A DNA stretch of 64,000 bases, from NCBI GenBank assembly GCA_964596115.1, contig CAZQRW010000003.1, positions 5,883-69,882 on the forward strand, read 5' to 3'. Shown here piece by piece: positions 9,784 through 18,855 of this stretch. This DNA is from an uncultured bacterium. Lineage in GTDB: Bacteria; Hydrothermota; UBA3072; B12-G15. The number at the start of each line of letters is the position of its first letter. Positions within the stretch are counted from its first letter, which is position 1. The position numbers were made by a program, and so were the translations under genes. Below the pieces are notes generated by a model. It saw only the letters and a program-made list of their open reading frames with translations, was not told the DNA's origin and did no database searches.

Positions 9784-10215
9784 TTAAGTTTCTTTTTTTC
9801 TCCATACCATTGCAATGTGTGGGATACCTGCCTCAAGAAATTCCTCCCCTATTGATTCAAATCCAAGATTCAGGTAGAAATCTTTTATGTATGTTTGGGA
9901 ATGAAGCCAGATTTCATTTATTCCCTTTGAAACTGCATAGTCAATCATTCTTTCCATAATTTTTTTTCCGATTCTTTTTCCTCTGTATTTTTTTATTACA
10001 GCTACCCTTCCAATATAGTATTTTTTACCATCATAAAAAAACCTTGCTGTGCCAATGGGCTTTTTATTTTGGTATACGACAAGATGAGTGGCGATATCAT
10101 CGTATACATCTATTTCAATTGAAGGATCGATACCTTCTTCATCTATAAAAACACTTTTCCTTACAGGATAAGCCCTTTTTAACCCATTTTTTCCTTTTAG
10201 AAATTTAAACATCAT
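9784..10215 (-). CDS. GNAT family N-acetyltransferase
   Basis: 143 aa with the acetyl-CoA binding motif IGRVAVIKKYRGKRIGKKIM. Confidence 0.8.
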   Translation of the reverse strand: MMFKFLKGKNGLKRAYPVRKSVFIDEEGIDPSIEIDVYDDIATHLVVYQNKKPIGTARFFYDGKKYYIGRVAVIKKYRGKRIGKKIMERMIDYAVSKGINEIWLHSQTYIKDFYLNLGFESIGEEFLEAGIPHIAMVWRKKET

Positions 10216-11270
10216 ATTGTATTTAATCTTTTAAATGCCTTTATTTTTTCGGTTTCTCCAATTCTTGCCTTTTCCAGGGCCACTTTCAGGAAGTTTATTG
10301 TATTTTCGTATGTCTCTCTGTCAACCGGGTAAGGAATACCATCCTTTCCTCCGTGTGCGAAGCTAAATCTCGCAGGGTCTTTGTAACTTGGGGATATATC
10401 GTATAAAAGTTCAGATAGAAGAGAGAGTGCCCTTATCGTTTTTGGACCAACCCCTTTCATACCAAGCAGTTTTTCAAAGTTTTCAGCTTTCCTTTCGTAG
10501 GTATTTAAAAATATTTTGTAGAGCCTGTGGGAATTCATATCTTTTAAAAAGATCTGGTGCCTTTTAGGGAGTTTTAGTTCCTCTAAATGATTTAATTCTT
10601 TAATGAGAGTATCTGGTTTTTCCCTTGATAAATTACAGATCTCAGAGCGGGCCTTATTACTTTCCTTTGCTATCAGATTTAAAGGATTTGTGAATGAATC
10701 AGAAATGATGCCAGTGTGCGGTTCATTTACAAAATCCTGAACTTTTTTGCCAAGCCAATGGTATCTTCTTGCCATTCTTTTCTCCGTATTCATTCCCTGC
10801 TGAATCACCCCCCAATTTCCATAGGAATCAAATATTATATTATGGTGATAGAGTTGATATCCATCTTGGATTGCATTATTATCTACCTTTGCCGTTATCT
10901 TACTGATATATATAAGTGCATCAGAATTAATTCCAGTCCTTTCACCGATAGTTCTCAATTCATCGGGTGTTTTTCTTGAAGTTCTTCCTTTTCCTCCAGC
11001 AATGAATATACCAGAGTTAATTCCTCTTATTGCCTCCTTTAACGCTCCCATAACTGTTGTTGTTAGACCGCTTGAATGCCAGTCGAATCCAAGTATGCAT
11101 CCAAAACTCTGAAACCAGAAGGGGTCAGAAAGTTTTTCAATAATAAAGCCAGGGGAATTGTCAAGGAGAATAGTCTCAACTATTGTTCGGGATAGGGTTA
11201 CCATTCGTGAGAATAGCCAGCGAGGTGCCTTTCCATAGTGAAGTGGGAGGCTTGCATAACCCCTTTTCAA
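10212..11270 (-). CDS. conserved hypothetical protein (DUF763-like)
   Basis: 352 aa. The N-terminus ASLPLHYGKAPRWLFSRM is reminiscent of the DUF763 family, but no catalytic motif was recognised. Overlaps the GNAT gene by 4 nt. Confidence 0.4.
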   Translation of the reverse strand: MKRGYASLPLHYGKAPRWLFSRMVTLSRTIVETILLDNSPGFIIEKLSDPFWFQSFGCILGFDWHSSGLTTTVMGALKEAIRGINSGIFIAGGKGRTSRKTPDELRTIGERTGINSDALIYISKITAKVDNNAIQDGYQLYHHNIIFDSYGNWGVIQQGMNTEKRMARRYHWLGKKVQDFVNEPHTGIISDSFTNPLNLIAKESNKARSEICNLSREKPDTLIKELNHLEELKLPKRHQIFLKDMNSHRLYKIFLNTYERKAENFEKLLGMKGVGPKTIRALSLLSELLYDISPSYKDPARFSFAHGGKDGIPYPVDRETYENTINFLKVALEKARIGETEKIKAFKRLNTI

Positions 11271-11271
11271 A

Positions 11272-12183
11272 TCAGTCCTCTCTTATAGTTTCGAGTAGGA
11301 GTTTAAACGAGAAACCCTTAAAGAGATCAGGAGGCGTTTTGAGTATAAATGTATTATTATCAGGGGTCTCTCCAAGAGAAAGCGTTTTTTTCTGAAATAA
11401 TGAGTAATCTTTCAACACAACATCAAATTTTAGTCCTTCAGAATGGTGATTGAGAGAGATTATTTTCGCAAAATAATCATCCATTGTTATTGGTTTGTAT
11501 ACAAAAGATCTAAGCTTATCTGGTTTTACCTTTATCTTTATATTATCATTGTATTTGAATTCAACTATTTTATGTTCCACAATGGGGTGTAAAACTTTTT
11601 TAAATTGCATATAGTATATTTTTTTACCTAAACTTCTCCATTTCCTTTCATATTTTGTCTCAAAATACCCTTCATTCCTCTGGACGAAGCCACTCTTAAA
11701 GATTGGTCTCCAGACCTTGTAATGAACTATTTCTTCAAGGGTGAAATCTCTATAGAATGGATCATCTGTAACTATGATTAGCCCCCCGTCTTTTTTTGAA
11801 CGAGATGCTGTTAGTAAACTGAAAGACCTGTCAATTAACCTTCTCTTATGGTGTTTTTTCTTTGGCCATGGATCCGGGAAATTTACATATATGTATTCCA
11901 ATGAGCATTCCGGTATAAGCAGTTGAAATGCAGATTCTGCATCAAGATTAATTAATATCACGTTCGAAAGATTAGAGTTTGATAGCTTTTTTGAAGCTTT
12001 TTTTGTAGAAACAATTGAGTAATCAATACCGATAAAATTTTTATCAGGATTCTCCTTTGCTTTATGGACAAGAAAGGAACCGTCACCAAAGCCAATTTCA
12101 CATTGGACGGCATTATTATTGCCAAATAGAAGTTCGAAGTTTAAAGGTTTTTTTTCTTTCACCCAATCTAGAACAAATTCCAT
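11272..12183 (-). CDS. trmB: tRNA (guanine46-N7)-methyltransferase TrmB with a C-terminal extension
   Basis: The N-terminal ~210 aa carry TrmB motifs (EIGFGDGSFL, NFPDPWPKKKHHKRRL). An extra ~90 aa C-terminal domain of unknown function follows. Confidence 0.75.
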   Translation of the reverse strand: MEFVLDWVKEKKPLNFELLFGNNNAVQCEIGFGDGSFLVHKAKENPDKNFIGIDYSIVSTKKASKKLSNSNLSNVILINLDAESAFQLLIPECSLEYIYVNFPDPWPKKKHHKRRLIDRSFSLLTASRSKKDGGLIIVTDDPFYRDFTLEEIVHYKVWRPIFKSGFVQRNEGYFETKYERKWRSLGKKIYYMQFKKVLHPIVEHKIVEFKYNDNIKIKVKPDKLRSFVYKPITMDDYFAKIISLNHHSEGLKFDVVLKDYSLFQKKTLSLGETPDNNTFILKTPPDLFKGFSFKLLLETIRED

Positions 12184-12295
12184 AGTATATAAATATTGCA
12201 GATTGCAACATTGTCAATATCTATTGGAAATAAAAAAATAGATTTAGAAATTTCTCAATATGTCCACATACTTGTATGAGGGACAAATCACTTTC

Positions 12296-12323
12296 TTGAC
12301 AAGATAACTGCATTCTCTATAAT
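12296..12323 (+). promoter_or_regulatory. sigma70-like promoter TTGACA-16-TATAAT, giving a leaderless transcript of the PduT-like gene
   Basis: Perfect -35 at 12296-12301 and perfect -10 at 12318-12323. The ATG at 12329 lies only 5 nt after the -10, and no SD is present. Confidence 0.5.
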
Positions 12324-12328
12324 AGGGT

Positions 12329-12877
12329 ATGACAAAGGCAATTGGTTTGCTTGAGTTTATAAGTATTGCGAAAGGGATTGAATCTACAGATGATGCTCTC
12401 AAGGCCTCTACTGTAGATTTGTTATTAGCACGACCAATTTGTCCCGGAAAGTATATTTTTCTTATCTCAGGTGATGTTTCTAATGTGAGAAATAGTATCG
12501 AGTCTGCAAAGAGAATTGGAATAGAGACGGTAGTGGACGAACTTATTATTCCTAATATCCATCCGGACTTAATCCCTGCTATTTCTGCTATTACTGTTAT
12601 TGAGGAAATCAATGCATTAGGGATTATAGAAACGTTTTCTTGTGCTTCTACTATTGAGGCAGCAGATGTAGCTGCAAAAACAGCCGAAGTTTCTCTTATA
12701 GAGGTCCGACTTGGAATGGGTATTGGTGGGAAGGCTTTTTTAACCCTAACTGGGGAAGTTGAGGCTGTTAAATCCTCTATTAGATCCGCTGCTATGATAC
12801 CTGAAAGAAAAGGTCTATTGGTTAGAAAAGTAGTAATCCCATCACCCCATAGAGACATAAAGAATTTTATACTTTAA
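12329..12877 (+). CDS. tandem-BMC-domain (BMC-T) shell protein, PduT-like
   Basis: 182 aa with two BMC repeats. The first repeat is MTKAIGLLEFISIAKGIESTDDALKASTVDLLLARPICPGKYIFLISGDV, including the ICPGK cysteine that ligates a 4Fe-4S cluster in PduT. The second is ALGIIETFSCASTIEAADVAAKTAEVSLIEVRLGMGIGGKAFLTLTGEVEAV. The antisense ORF 12244..12858 is low-complexity noise. Confidence 0.7.
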   Translation: MTKAIGLLEFISIAKGIESTDDALKASTVDLLLARPICPGKYIFLISGDVSNVRNSIESAKRIGIETVVDELIIPNIHPDLIPAISAITVIEEINALGIIETFSCASTIEAADVAAKTAEVSLIEVRLGMGIGGKAFLTLTGEVEAVKSSIRSAAMIPERKGLLVRKVVIPSPHRDIKNFIL

Positions 12878-12881
12878 ACTT

Positions 12882-13214
12882 ATGAATATAGGAACCGATA
12901 TTGTTTTTATCCCAAGGATTGAAAAAATACTAAAAAAATGGGGCAAGAGATTTTTAGAAAGGGTATTTACTTCTGAAGAGATCACATATTGCATAAAGAA
13001 ACAAAGGCCTGAGGTATGTTTTGCTGGGCGTTTTGCCGCAAAGGAGGCTATATTTAAGGCACTGGGGAGAGGGAATTTGGCTTTTAAAGATATTGAAATA
13101 ATTAGCGAGGGTCCTCCCTTCATTACTCTAAATAAGGGAGAGAAACCATCTATAAAAGTTAGTATCTCCCATGATGGAAATTATGCAGTGGCTACCGCCA
13201 TTGTTGAAAACTGA
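12882..13214 (+). CDS. acpS: holo-[acyl-carrier-protein] synthase
   Basis: 110 aa. GTDIVFIPRIEK..., FAAKEAIFKALG, ISISHDGNYAVATAIVE. Confidence 0.9.
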   Translation: MNIGTDIVFIPRIEKILKKWGKRFLERVFTSEEITYCIKKQRPEVCFAGRFAAKEAIFKALGRGNLAFKDIEIISEGPPFITLNKGEKPSIKVSISHDGNYAVATAIVEN

Positions 13215-13218
13215 GAAG

Positions 13219-13956
13219 TTATATCTCTTTTTTTATTTTTTGCCAGATTGAATCCATCTCTTGTAATGAAAGGTTTTTTTTACCATATTTTTCAATCTCT
13301 TTTTCGAGTCTTTCGAACCTCTTTGAAAATTTATCACATGCCTTGTGTAAGGCGATTTCTGGAGAAAAGTTTAAAAAATTACCCAGATGCGCTACAACGA
13401 ATAGAATATCACCAAATTCTTCTTCGACTTCTAACGGGTTTTTTGCGTTTTTTAATTCTTCTATTTCCTCTTCAATCTTGTCATAGACTCCAGAAATATT
13501 GTTCCATTCAAAGCCCTTTCTTTTAGCCCTTTCCTGGATTTTATAGGCTCTGATTAATGCTGGGATATCCTTTTCAATATTCCATTCTCTTCCCTTTCTC
13601 TTATCCCATTTTTCCAGAACTTCTTCAGCTGTTTTTGCTGTATCTTTTCCGAATACATGGGGATGCCTTGCAATTATTTTTTTCTTTATATGTTTTATCA
13701 CATCAGAACCCGAAATACCCTTTTCTTCAAGTAATACCATCATCATAACTACAACGAGTAGAACATCACCTAATTCTTCATTTGTTGCGGGGAGATTACT
13801 TTTCTTTATTGCAGCAATTAGTTCAAATCCTTCCTCAATGAGATATTCAGACATTGATTTGAGTGTTTGTTTTCTATCCCAGGGGCATTCTTGCCTCAAC
13901 CGTTTAACAATTGAGAAAAATTCGTTAAATTCCTGGTCCGTTTTCTTTTCAACCAT
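13219..13956 (-). CDS. mazG: nucleoside triphosphate pyrophosphohydrolase MazG
   Basis: 245 aa with two MazG EExxE repeats (LIEEGFELIAAIK, EELGDVLLVV and EEEFGDILFVVAHL). Confidence 0.85.
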   Translation of the reverse strand: MVEKKTDQEFNEFFSIVKRLRQECPWDRKQTLKSMSEYLIEEGFELIAAIKKSNLPATNEELGDVLLVVVMMMVLLEEKGISGSDVIKHIKKKIIARHPHVFGKDTAKTAEEVLEKWDKRKGREWNIEKDIPALIRAYKIQERAKRKGFEWNNISGVYDKIEEEIEELKNAKNPLEVEEEFGDILFVVAHLGNFLNFSPEIALHKACDKFSKRFERLEKEIEKYGKKNLSLQEMDSIWQKIKKEI

Positions 13957-14105
13957 ATTGGAAATAATATTACTACTTAAACATATGTCAAGTAAAATTA
14001 AGATTTATAGATGGTTGAATAACTTTGAGTCCTGAAATTTTTTAATGTGGATGCTCTAAATTTTGACCATTCTGATAGAGGTTGAATTCTGAGTAATGCA
14101 TATTT

Positions 14106-14123
14106 CCCAAAAATTCAGATAAG
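14106..14123. repeat. IS left terminal inverted repeat
   Basis: CCCAAAAATTCAGATAAG; identical to the reverse complement of 15747-15764. Confidence 0.8.
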
Positions 14124-14310
14124 GTTTTTTGAGTAGAAATTCAGGCTATATTTTGTCTTAAAGGGGAGGGGATAAGGGGATGTGATTAATTCATTGTAAA
14201 GAATTAGATAAATTACTTCTTTTTTATTGATATATCTTTATTTTTGGTATTTTTCTTCAGTATCCTATAAAAAGGTTTATGAATAAAAGATTTTTTCTTC
14301 TTTTATTTAA

Positions 14311-15684
14311 TTATACGTATACATAGGCATTGAGGGCTCGCCATCTCGTCCTCTGGAATAACTCATAGTATGGGTAATTGTTGGGTAGATTTAATATTAT
14401 TTCTCTTCCATGTTTTATCACGCTACCACCAATATTTATTAAAGTAAATCTGAGAGTTTTTAATCTATATATACTCCATCTATAAGGTAACACTGTTAAT
14501 GCAAATAATCTCATTAAATTAAATGCAAGTAATATTATCTGAAAAAATGCACTATTCGCTAATAACTCCCCTGTTGGTATACTATTGAGGGCATAGTCAC
14601 CTTTTAATTCTTTTATTGTATTCTCTGCATCACCACGCCTCTGATACCACCTCATTACTGCAGATTTATCCCAATTATATATATTCGTTATTATTGCATA
14701 ATAACTATACTTAAATTCTTCAAATAATACAGGATCCCTTACTTTTCTCCTCTTCACTATCAGTCTGTATGCATCCCCCTTCTGATCTGGACCTATAAAA
14801 TGTTGCGTCTCTGCTATCTCTTCACCCTCACTGAAATATTCCCATCTGTCCGAAGGTATCCACCTTATACCCCGCCTCACAGCTTTATCCATATCAGCAC
14901 CTATACCAAATAATATCCCTCTTAAATCACAAAACCTCATTATACGATACTGATAGGCAGCACTGTCTGAACGAAAATATATACGCCTTACTCCAAGCCC
15001 CTTAACTTTATTGTATATACCCCTCAATAATGATAAATTGTTGGCAGATGGTGAAGCATTCCCAGGCCTGAATACCCCGCTTATTACCATATCTAATTCC
15101 TTTATTATCCCCAAAAGTGGGTTGAAACCCTTCACCTTTTTATATGTATATTCCGCACTCTCTTTCTCACTCTCTATAACCGTAGAGTCTATGTCTATAG
15201 TAATATGACGAAGCCTTTTCCTCTTTATTGCCTTTTTTACCAATCCATTGCTTATTCCCCTTATTACATTGATATCCCTCCTTTTAAACTGCCTTAAAAA
15301 TTCCCCCATTGTGTTCGGTCTCGGTATATCTTTTCTGTCAAATAATCTCAAAAGCCCAGAATCTGATTCTATTATCCTTATATGCCTTAGCCTATCCCCA
15401 CCAGAAATTATCATCCCCATTAAGTAAAATATCTTCTCATAAACCCTGTATCCTCGCATCCTCCTCTTTAAATGCCCTAATCCTACCTCTATAACCTTGA
15501 ATATACCAAGAGATTTCATAAATGAACCTATAACACTAAGACCCGCATGTGATGTTACTGATAAATTTTTTGATTTTTTTACCTTGAATTTATCCAGATT
15601 ATCGTGTATCATTATACCTCCATAGGTTTGATTTTTTACTTCACCCACTTTCACCTGGTGGGTGAAGTTTTTTCTATTCCCCAT
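14311..15684 (-). CDS. IS1380-family DDE transposase
   Basis: 457 aa. The HAGLSVIGSF N-terminal region, the ITIDIDSTVIESEKE (DDE D1) region, and the C-terminal YQRRGDAENTIKELKGDYAL motif are characteristic of IS1380/IS4-like transposases. Confidence 0.85.
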   Translation of the reverse strand: MGNRKNFTHQVKVGEVKNQTYGGIMIHDNLDKFKVKKSKNLSVTSHAGLSVIGSFMKSLGIFKVIEVGLGHLKRRMRGYRVYEKIFYLMGMIISGGDRLRHIRIIESDSGLLRLFDRKDIPRPNTMGEFLRQFKRRDINVIRGISNGLVKKAIKRKRLRHITIDIDSTVIESEKESAEYTYKKVKGFNPLLGIIKELDMVISGVFRPGNASPSANNLSLLRGIYNKVKGLGVRRIYFRSDSAAYQYRIMRFCDLRGILFGIGADMDKAVRRGIRWIPSDRWEYFSEGEEIAETQHFIGPDQKGDAYRLIVKRRKVRDPVLFEEFKYSYYAIITNIYNWDKSAVMRWYQRRGDAENTIKELKGDYALNSIPTGELLANSAFFQIILLAFNLMRLFALTVLPYRWSIYRLKTLRFTLINIGGSVIKHGREIILNLPNNYPYYELFQRTRWRALNAYVYV

Positions 15685-15746
15685 AACTCCCTTATTCTAT
15701 AGAATTTACAATGCTTTTCAAGCCCTCTTATTGCTAAAATCTATCA

Positions 15747-15764
15747 CTTATCTGAATTTTTGGG
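15747..15764. repeat. IS right terminal inverted repeat
   Basis: CTTATCTGAATTTTTGGG, the reverse complement of the left IR. Confidence 0.8.
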
Positions 15765-15777
15765 TATTTCTTATCCC

Positions 15778-15805
15778 TTGACAATCATATAGATTAATGT
15801 ATATT
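15778..15805 (+). promoter_or_regulatory. sigma70-like promoter TTGACA-16-TATATT for tRNA-fMet
   Basis: -35 at 15778-15783 and -10 at 15800-15805, placed 9 nt upstream of tRNA position +1. It lies immediately outside the IS right end, so it appears intact. Confidence 0.55.
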
Positions 15806-15814
15806 TATTTATGA

Positions 15815-15886
<72 letters not shown>

Positions 15887-15891
15887 TTTTT

Positions 15892-16299
15892 ATGAATAGG
15901 ATTCTTATAATATTAGGTTCGAAAGAGGAAGAAATACTAAAAAAAAGGGTTTCTCTGGCAAAAAAGATTTCAGAGAAATTTTTTTTTAGTAATGTTATTC
16001 TTTCTGGTAGCAATGGTGAGGCAGAAAAAATGGAAAAATTATGGGGGAAAGATGCACTGCTTGAAAAGGCATCTTTAACCACCAGAGAGAATCTACTCCT
16101 CTCAAAAATTTTTACAGAGAATGGAGATATAATTACTATAGTAACGGATTGTACCCATAAGTTTCGGACCTATTATCTTGCCAAGAGAATATTTCCACAA
16201 AATAGAATTGAAATATATACCGTGAATCTCCCTTTAAAATCCATTGTCTCAAAAATATTATATGAGGTCTCAAGACTGATCAGGAATGCATTTGAATAA
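15892..16299 (+). CDS. DUF218 (YdcF/SanA-like) domain protein
   Basis: 135 aa from the ATG at 15892; the longer track ORF overlaps the tRNA. Motifs ILIILGS, ILSGSNGEAEKM, TTRENLLLS and IVTDCTHKFRTYYLAKR fit the DUF218 pattern. Confidence 0.6.
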   Translation: MNRILIILGSKEEEILKKRVSLAKKISEKFFFSNVILSGSNGEAEKMEKLWGKDALLEKASLTTRENLLLSKIFTENGDIITIVTDCTHKFRTYYLAKRIFPQNRIEIYTVNLPLKSIVSKILYEVSRLIRNAFE

Positions 16300-16708
16300 A
16301 CCATATAAATTATTAGATCATACAGCTGATATCGGTATTGAGACAACGGGGGATACGTTTATGAGTGCACTGTCAAATGTTATTTTTGCTATGTATGATT
16401 TGATGATTGATATGAAGAATGTTGAAATCATTACTGAGAGGAGATTTTCTTTAAAAAGAAGAACAGATGAGGATACAGTTGTTGATGTTTTAGAAAATGT
16501 ACTATTTTATTTCGAGACAGAGCATTTTATTGGGAAGAAAATAGAGATAATTAATAACGGATCCAGCATTGATATTGTTATGAAAGGAGAGAAATTCGAT
16601 CCATTAAAACATAAAACAAAATTTGAAATCAAAGCAATTACTTATCATAAATTGGTGGTTAAACGCAGAAAGGGTAAGTGGATAATGAGGGTAATATTTG
16701 ATGTATAA
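16286..16708 (+). CDS. archease (RtcB ligase cofactor family)
   Basis: 140 aa with the N-terminal signature YKLLDHTADIGIETTGDTFMSALSNVIFAMYDLM. Confidence 0.8.
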   Translation: MHLNKPYKLLDHTADIGIETTGDTFMSALSNVIFAMYDLMIDMKNVEIITERRFSLKRRTDEDTVVDVLENVLFYFETEHFIGKKIEIINNGSSIDIVMKGEKFDPLKHKTKFEIKAITYHKLVVKRRKGKWIMRVIFDV

Positions 16709-16735
16709 AAATATGCTTGATATTTTTCAAAATCA

Positions 16736-17434
16736 TTGCATAATTTCTCTATGAGATTTATAGTGGCTATTGATGGTACATGTGCTTCTGGTAAAAGTAC
16801 AACAGCGAGAATTGCTGCCAAAAGACTGAAGTGGCTTTTCCTCGATACAGGTGCAATGTACAGGGCTGTAGCATTTGAGATACTCAGGAGATGTGTGGAC
16901 CCTGAAGATGAGGAAAAGGTATCTGAAATTGTAGGAGAAATTACTCTAACTGTTAAGCCTTCATCTGACGGCCAGAGAACTTTCATTGGGAGTGAGGATA
17001 TCAGCAGTTTCCTTAGAACCCCGGAAATTGATAGAGCAGTAACCCCTGTATCAAAGTTTAAAAAGGTAAGAGAAAGAATGGTATATTTGCAGCGAAAAAT
17101 AGGTGGCGAAAGGGAAATCATTTGTGAAGGTAGAGATATGGGTACTATAGTTTTTCCTGACGCAGAGTTAAAAATATATATAGATGCTAATTTAGAGGTA
17201 AGAGCGTTGAGAAGACAGAAAGAAATGCAGAATAAAAATATTTTTCTAACATTAGAGGAGATAAAAGAAGACCTAAAAAGAAGAGATTTTGAAGATTCAT
17301 CAAGAGAAGAAAGCCCGTTAAAAATGGCAGCAGATGCGATTATGTTAGATACCACCAAGCTTACAATTGATCAGGAAGTGGATTGGGTGATAAAAAAAAT
17401 TAAGGAGAGATATAAACATGTCCTGGCAGTATAG
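16736..17434 (+). CDS. cmk: cytidylate kinase
   Basis: P-loop IVAIDGTCASGKST, then LDTGAMYRAV. The start is probably the internal MRFIVAIDG. Confidence 0.9.
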   Translation: MHNFSMRFIVAIDGTCASGKSTTARIAAKRLKWLFLDTGAMYRAVAFEILRRCVDPEDEEKVSEIVGEITLTVKPSSDGQRTFIGSEDISSFLRTPEIDRAVTPVSKFKKVRERMVYLQRKIGGEREIICEGRDMGTIVFPDAELKIYIDANLEVRALRRQKEMQNKNIFLTLEEIKEDLKRRDFEDSSREESPLKMAADAIMLDTTKLTIDQEVDWVIKKIKERYKHVLAV

Positions 17435-18029
17435 ACTTGGGAGTATCCTTATTAGATTTTTCTTTGGTGTCTTTCTGGGTTTTAAATGGCGGGGTACAGA
17501 GAATGTTCCGGAAAAAGGAGGAATAATTATTGCTCCCAATCACAGATCAAACTACGATCCCCCTCTTATTGGGAGTACAGTAAAACAGAGGGCTATATAT
17601 TATTTTGGAAAGAAAAGTCTCTTTGTGAATAAAATCTTTGGATGGTTTTTAGGTAGATTCAATGTTTTTCCTGCTGATACAGAAAAAAAGAACGATATCG
17701 GTTCTATAAGATTTTCTCTTAAACTTTTAAAAGAAGGTAAAGCATTGATGATATTCCCTGAAGGGACAAGATCGAAGACAGGAGAATTTCTTCCTGCGCA
17801 CCCAGGAGTAGGATATCTTGCGTTAAAGGCTGGAGTTCCTGTTATTCCCGTTATTATAAAAGGGACTCATGAATCTATGAAGGAGCATTTTCTAAGGAGG
17901 AAACCATTGTATGTAATATTTGGAAAGCCAATATTCCCTCCTAAAATACCGATTACACATAAAAATGCACAGGAATTTTCAGATAAAATTTTGGATAAAA
18001 TTAAAGAGATGGATAAGTGGAAATTTTAA
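17418..18029 (+). CDS. plsC: 1-acyl-sn-glycerol-3-phosphate acyltransferase
   Basis: 203 aa with acyltransferase motifs NHRSNYDP and FPEGTRS. Confidence 0.85.
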   Translation: MSWQYRLGSILIRFFFGVFLGFKWRGTENVPEKGGIIIAPNHRSNYDPPLIGSTVKQRAIYYFGKKSLFVNKIFGWFLGRFNVFPADTEKKNDIGSIRFSLKLLKEGKALMIFPEGTRSKTGEFLPAHPGVGYLALKAGVPVIPVIIKGTHESMKEHFLRRKPLYVIFGKPIFPPKIPITHKNAQEFSDKILDKIKEMDKWKF

Positions 18030-18853
18030 TCGCAAAGAAAGCAGGATTCTGCTTTGGTGTAATGAGGGCATTAGATATTACAAGGAGAATTAGGGAGGAA
18101 ACGAGTGAACCAGTTTATACATATGGACCAATTATACATAATCCACAAGTAGTTGAAAAATTAAAAAAAGAAGGTATAATACCATTAGAGGATCTGAATG
18201 AGGTAGTGCCAAAAGGTTATCTTGTAATTAGATCCCATGGTGTTTCTCCACAAATAGTGGAAGAGGCAAGGAGGAGTGGTTTTAAAATTATCGATGCGAC
18301 CTGCCCTTATGTAAAAAGGGCTCAGCAGTTTGCAAAGAAGTTAGTTGATGATGGCTATAGGGTGATAATTATTGGAGAAAAAAATCACCCTGAAGTCCAG
18401 GGGATTTTGGGTCATACAAGGAATAGAGCCGAGATCTACAATGATGACATTGAAATTGGTGAAGGTGAGAGAGTTGGATTGATAGCACAAACGACACAGT
18501 CTTTTAAGAAACTTGAAAAGGTAACCTTGAAGTTTTTGCCTAAAACAATAGAGCTTCGTGTTTTTAACACTATATGTAGCGCAACTTTAGAGAGACAAGA
18601 AGAAGCTGAAAAGCTCTCAAAGCTTGTAGATATTATGATTGTAATTGGAGGGAAAAATAGTGCAAACACAACTAGACTCGCAAAGATTGCTGCAATGAAT
18701 TGCTCCCAGGTTTTCCATATTGAAACGTCTGAAGAGCTTCAAGATTCTCTTTTTAAGAATGCAAAAAAGGTTGGTGTAACAGCAGGGGCTTCAACGCCAG
18801 ACTGGATAATAGAAGAAGTTATTAAAAAAATAAAAAGTTTTAAGGAGGTTTAG
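18017..18853 (+). CDS. ispH: 4-hydroxy-3-methylbut-2-enyl diphosphate reductase
   Basis: 278 aa with the LytB/IspH N-terminus AKKAGFCFGVMRALDI and conserved cysteines. Sits in the classic cmk-ispH-rpsA neighbourhood. Confidence 0.9.
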   Translation: MEILIAKKAGFCFGVMRALDITRRIREETSEPVYTYGPIIHNPQVVEKLKKEGIIPLEDLNEVVPKGYLVIRSHGVSPQIVEEARRSGFKIIDATCPYVKRAQQFAKKLVDDGYRVIIIGEKNHPEVQGILGHTRNRAEIYNDDIEIGEGERVGLIAQTTQSFKKLEKVTLKFLPKTIELRVFNTICSATLERQEEAEKLSKLVDIMIVIGGKNSANTTRLAKIAAMNCSQVFHIETSEELQDSLFKNAKKVGVTAGASTPDWIIEEVIKKIKSFKEV

Positions 18854-18855
18854 GT

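Larger units (their letters stand above)
14106..15764 (-). mobile_element. IS1380-family insertion sequence, 1659 bp, intact
   Basis: 18-bp perfect terminal inverted repeats CCCAAAAATTCAGATAAG (14106-14123, and its reverse complement at 15747-15764). Both ends are flanked by the direct repeat TATTT (14101-14105 and 15765-15769), a 5-bp target-site duplication. The element contains a single DDE transposase ORF. Confidence 0.8.

Noticed and set aside
12244-12858. 204-aa minus-strand ORF overlapping the PduT-like gene
   Set aside because: Its translation is Ser/Ile/Ala-rich low-complexity typical of the antisense of a real gene. The plus-strand ORF has clear BMC-domain homology and a perfect promoter.
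12184-13956. Possibility that the PduT-like gene marks a bacterial microcompartment locus
   Set aside because: Scanning 10 kb on each side shows only trmB, acpS, mazG, the IS, the tRNA, and so on. There is no aldehyde dehydrogenase, PduL, BMC-H or BMC-P. It is treated as an orphan shell gene.
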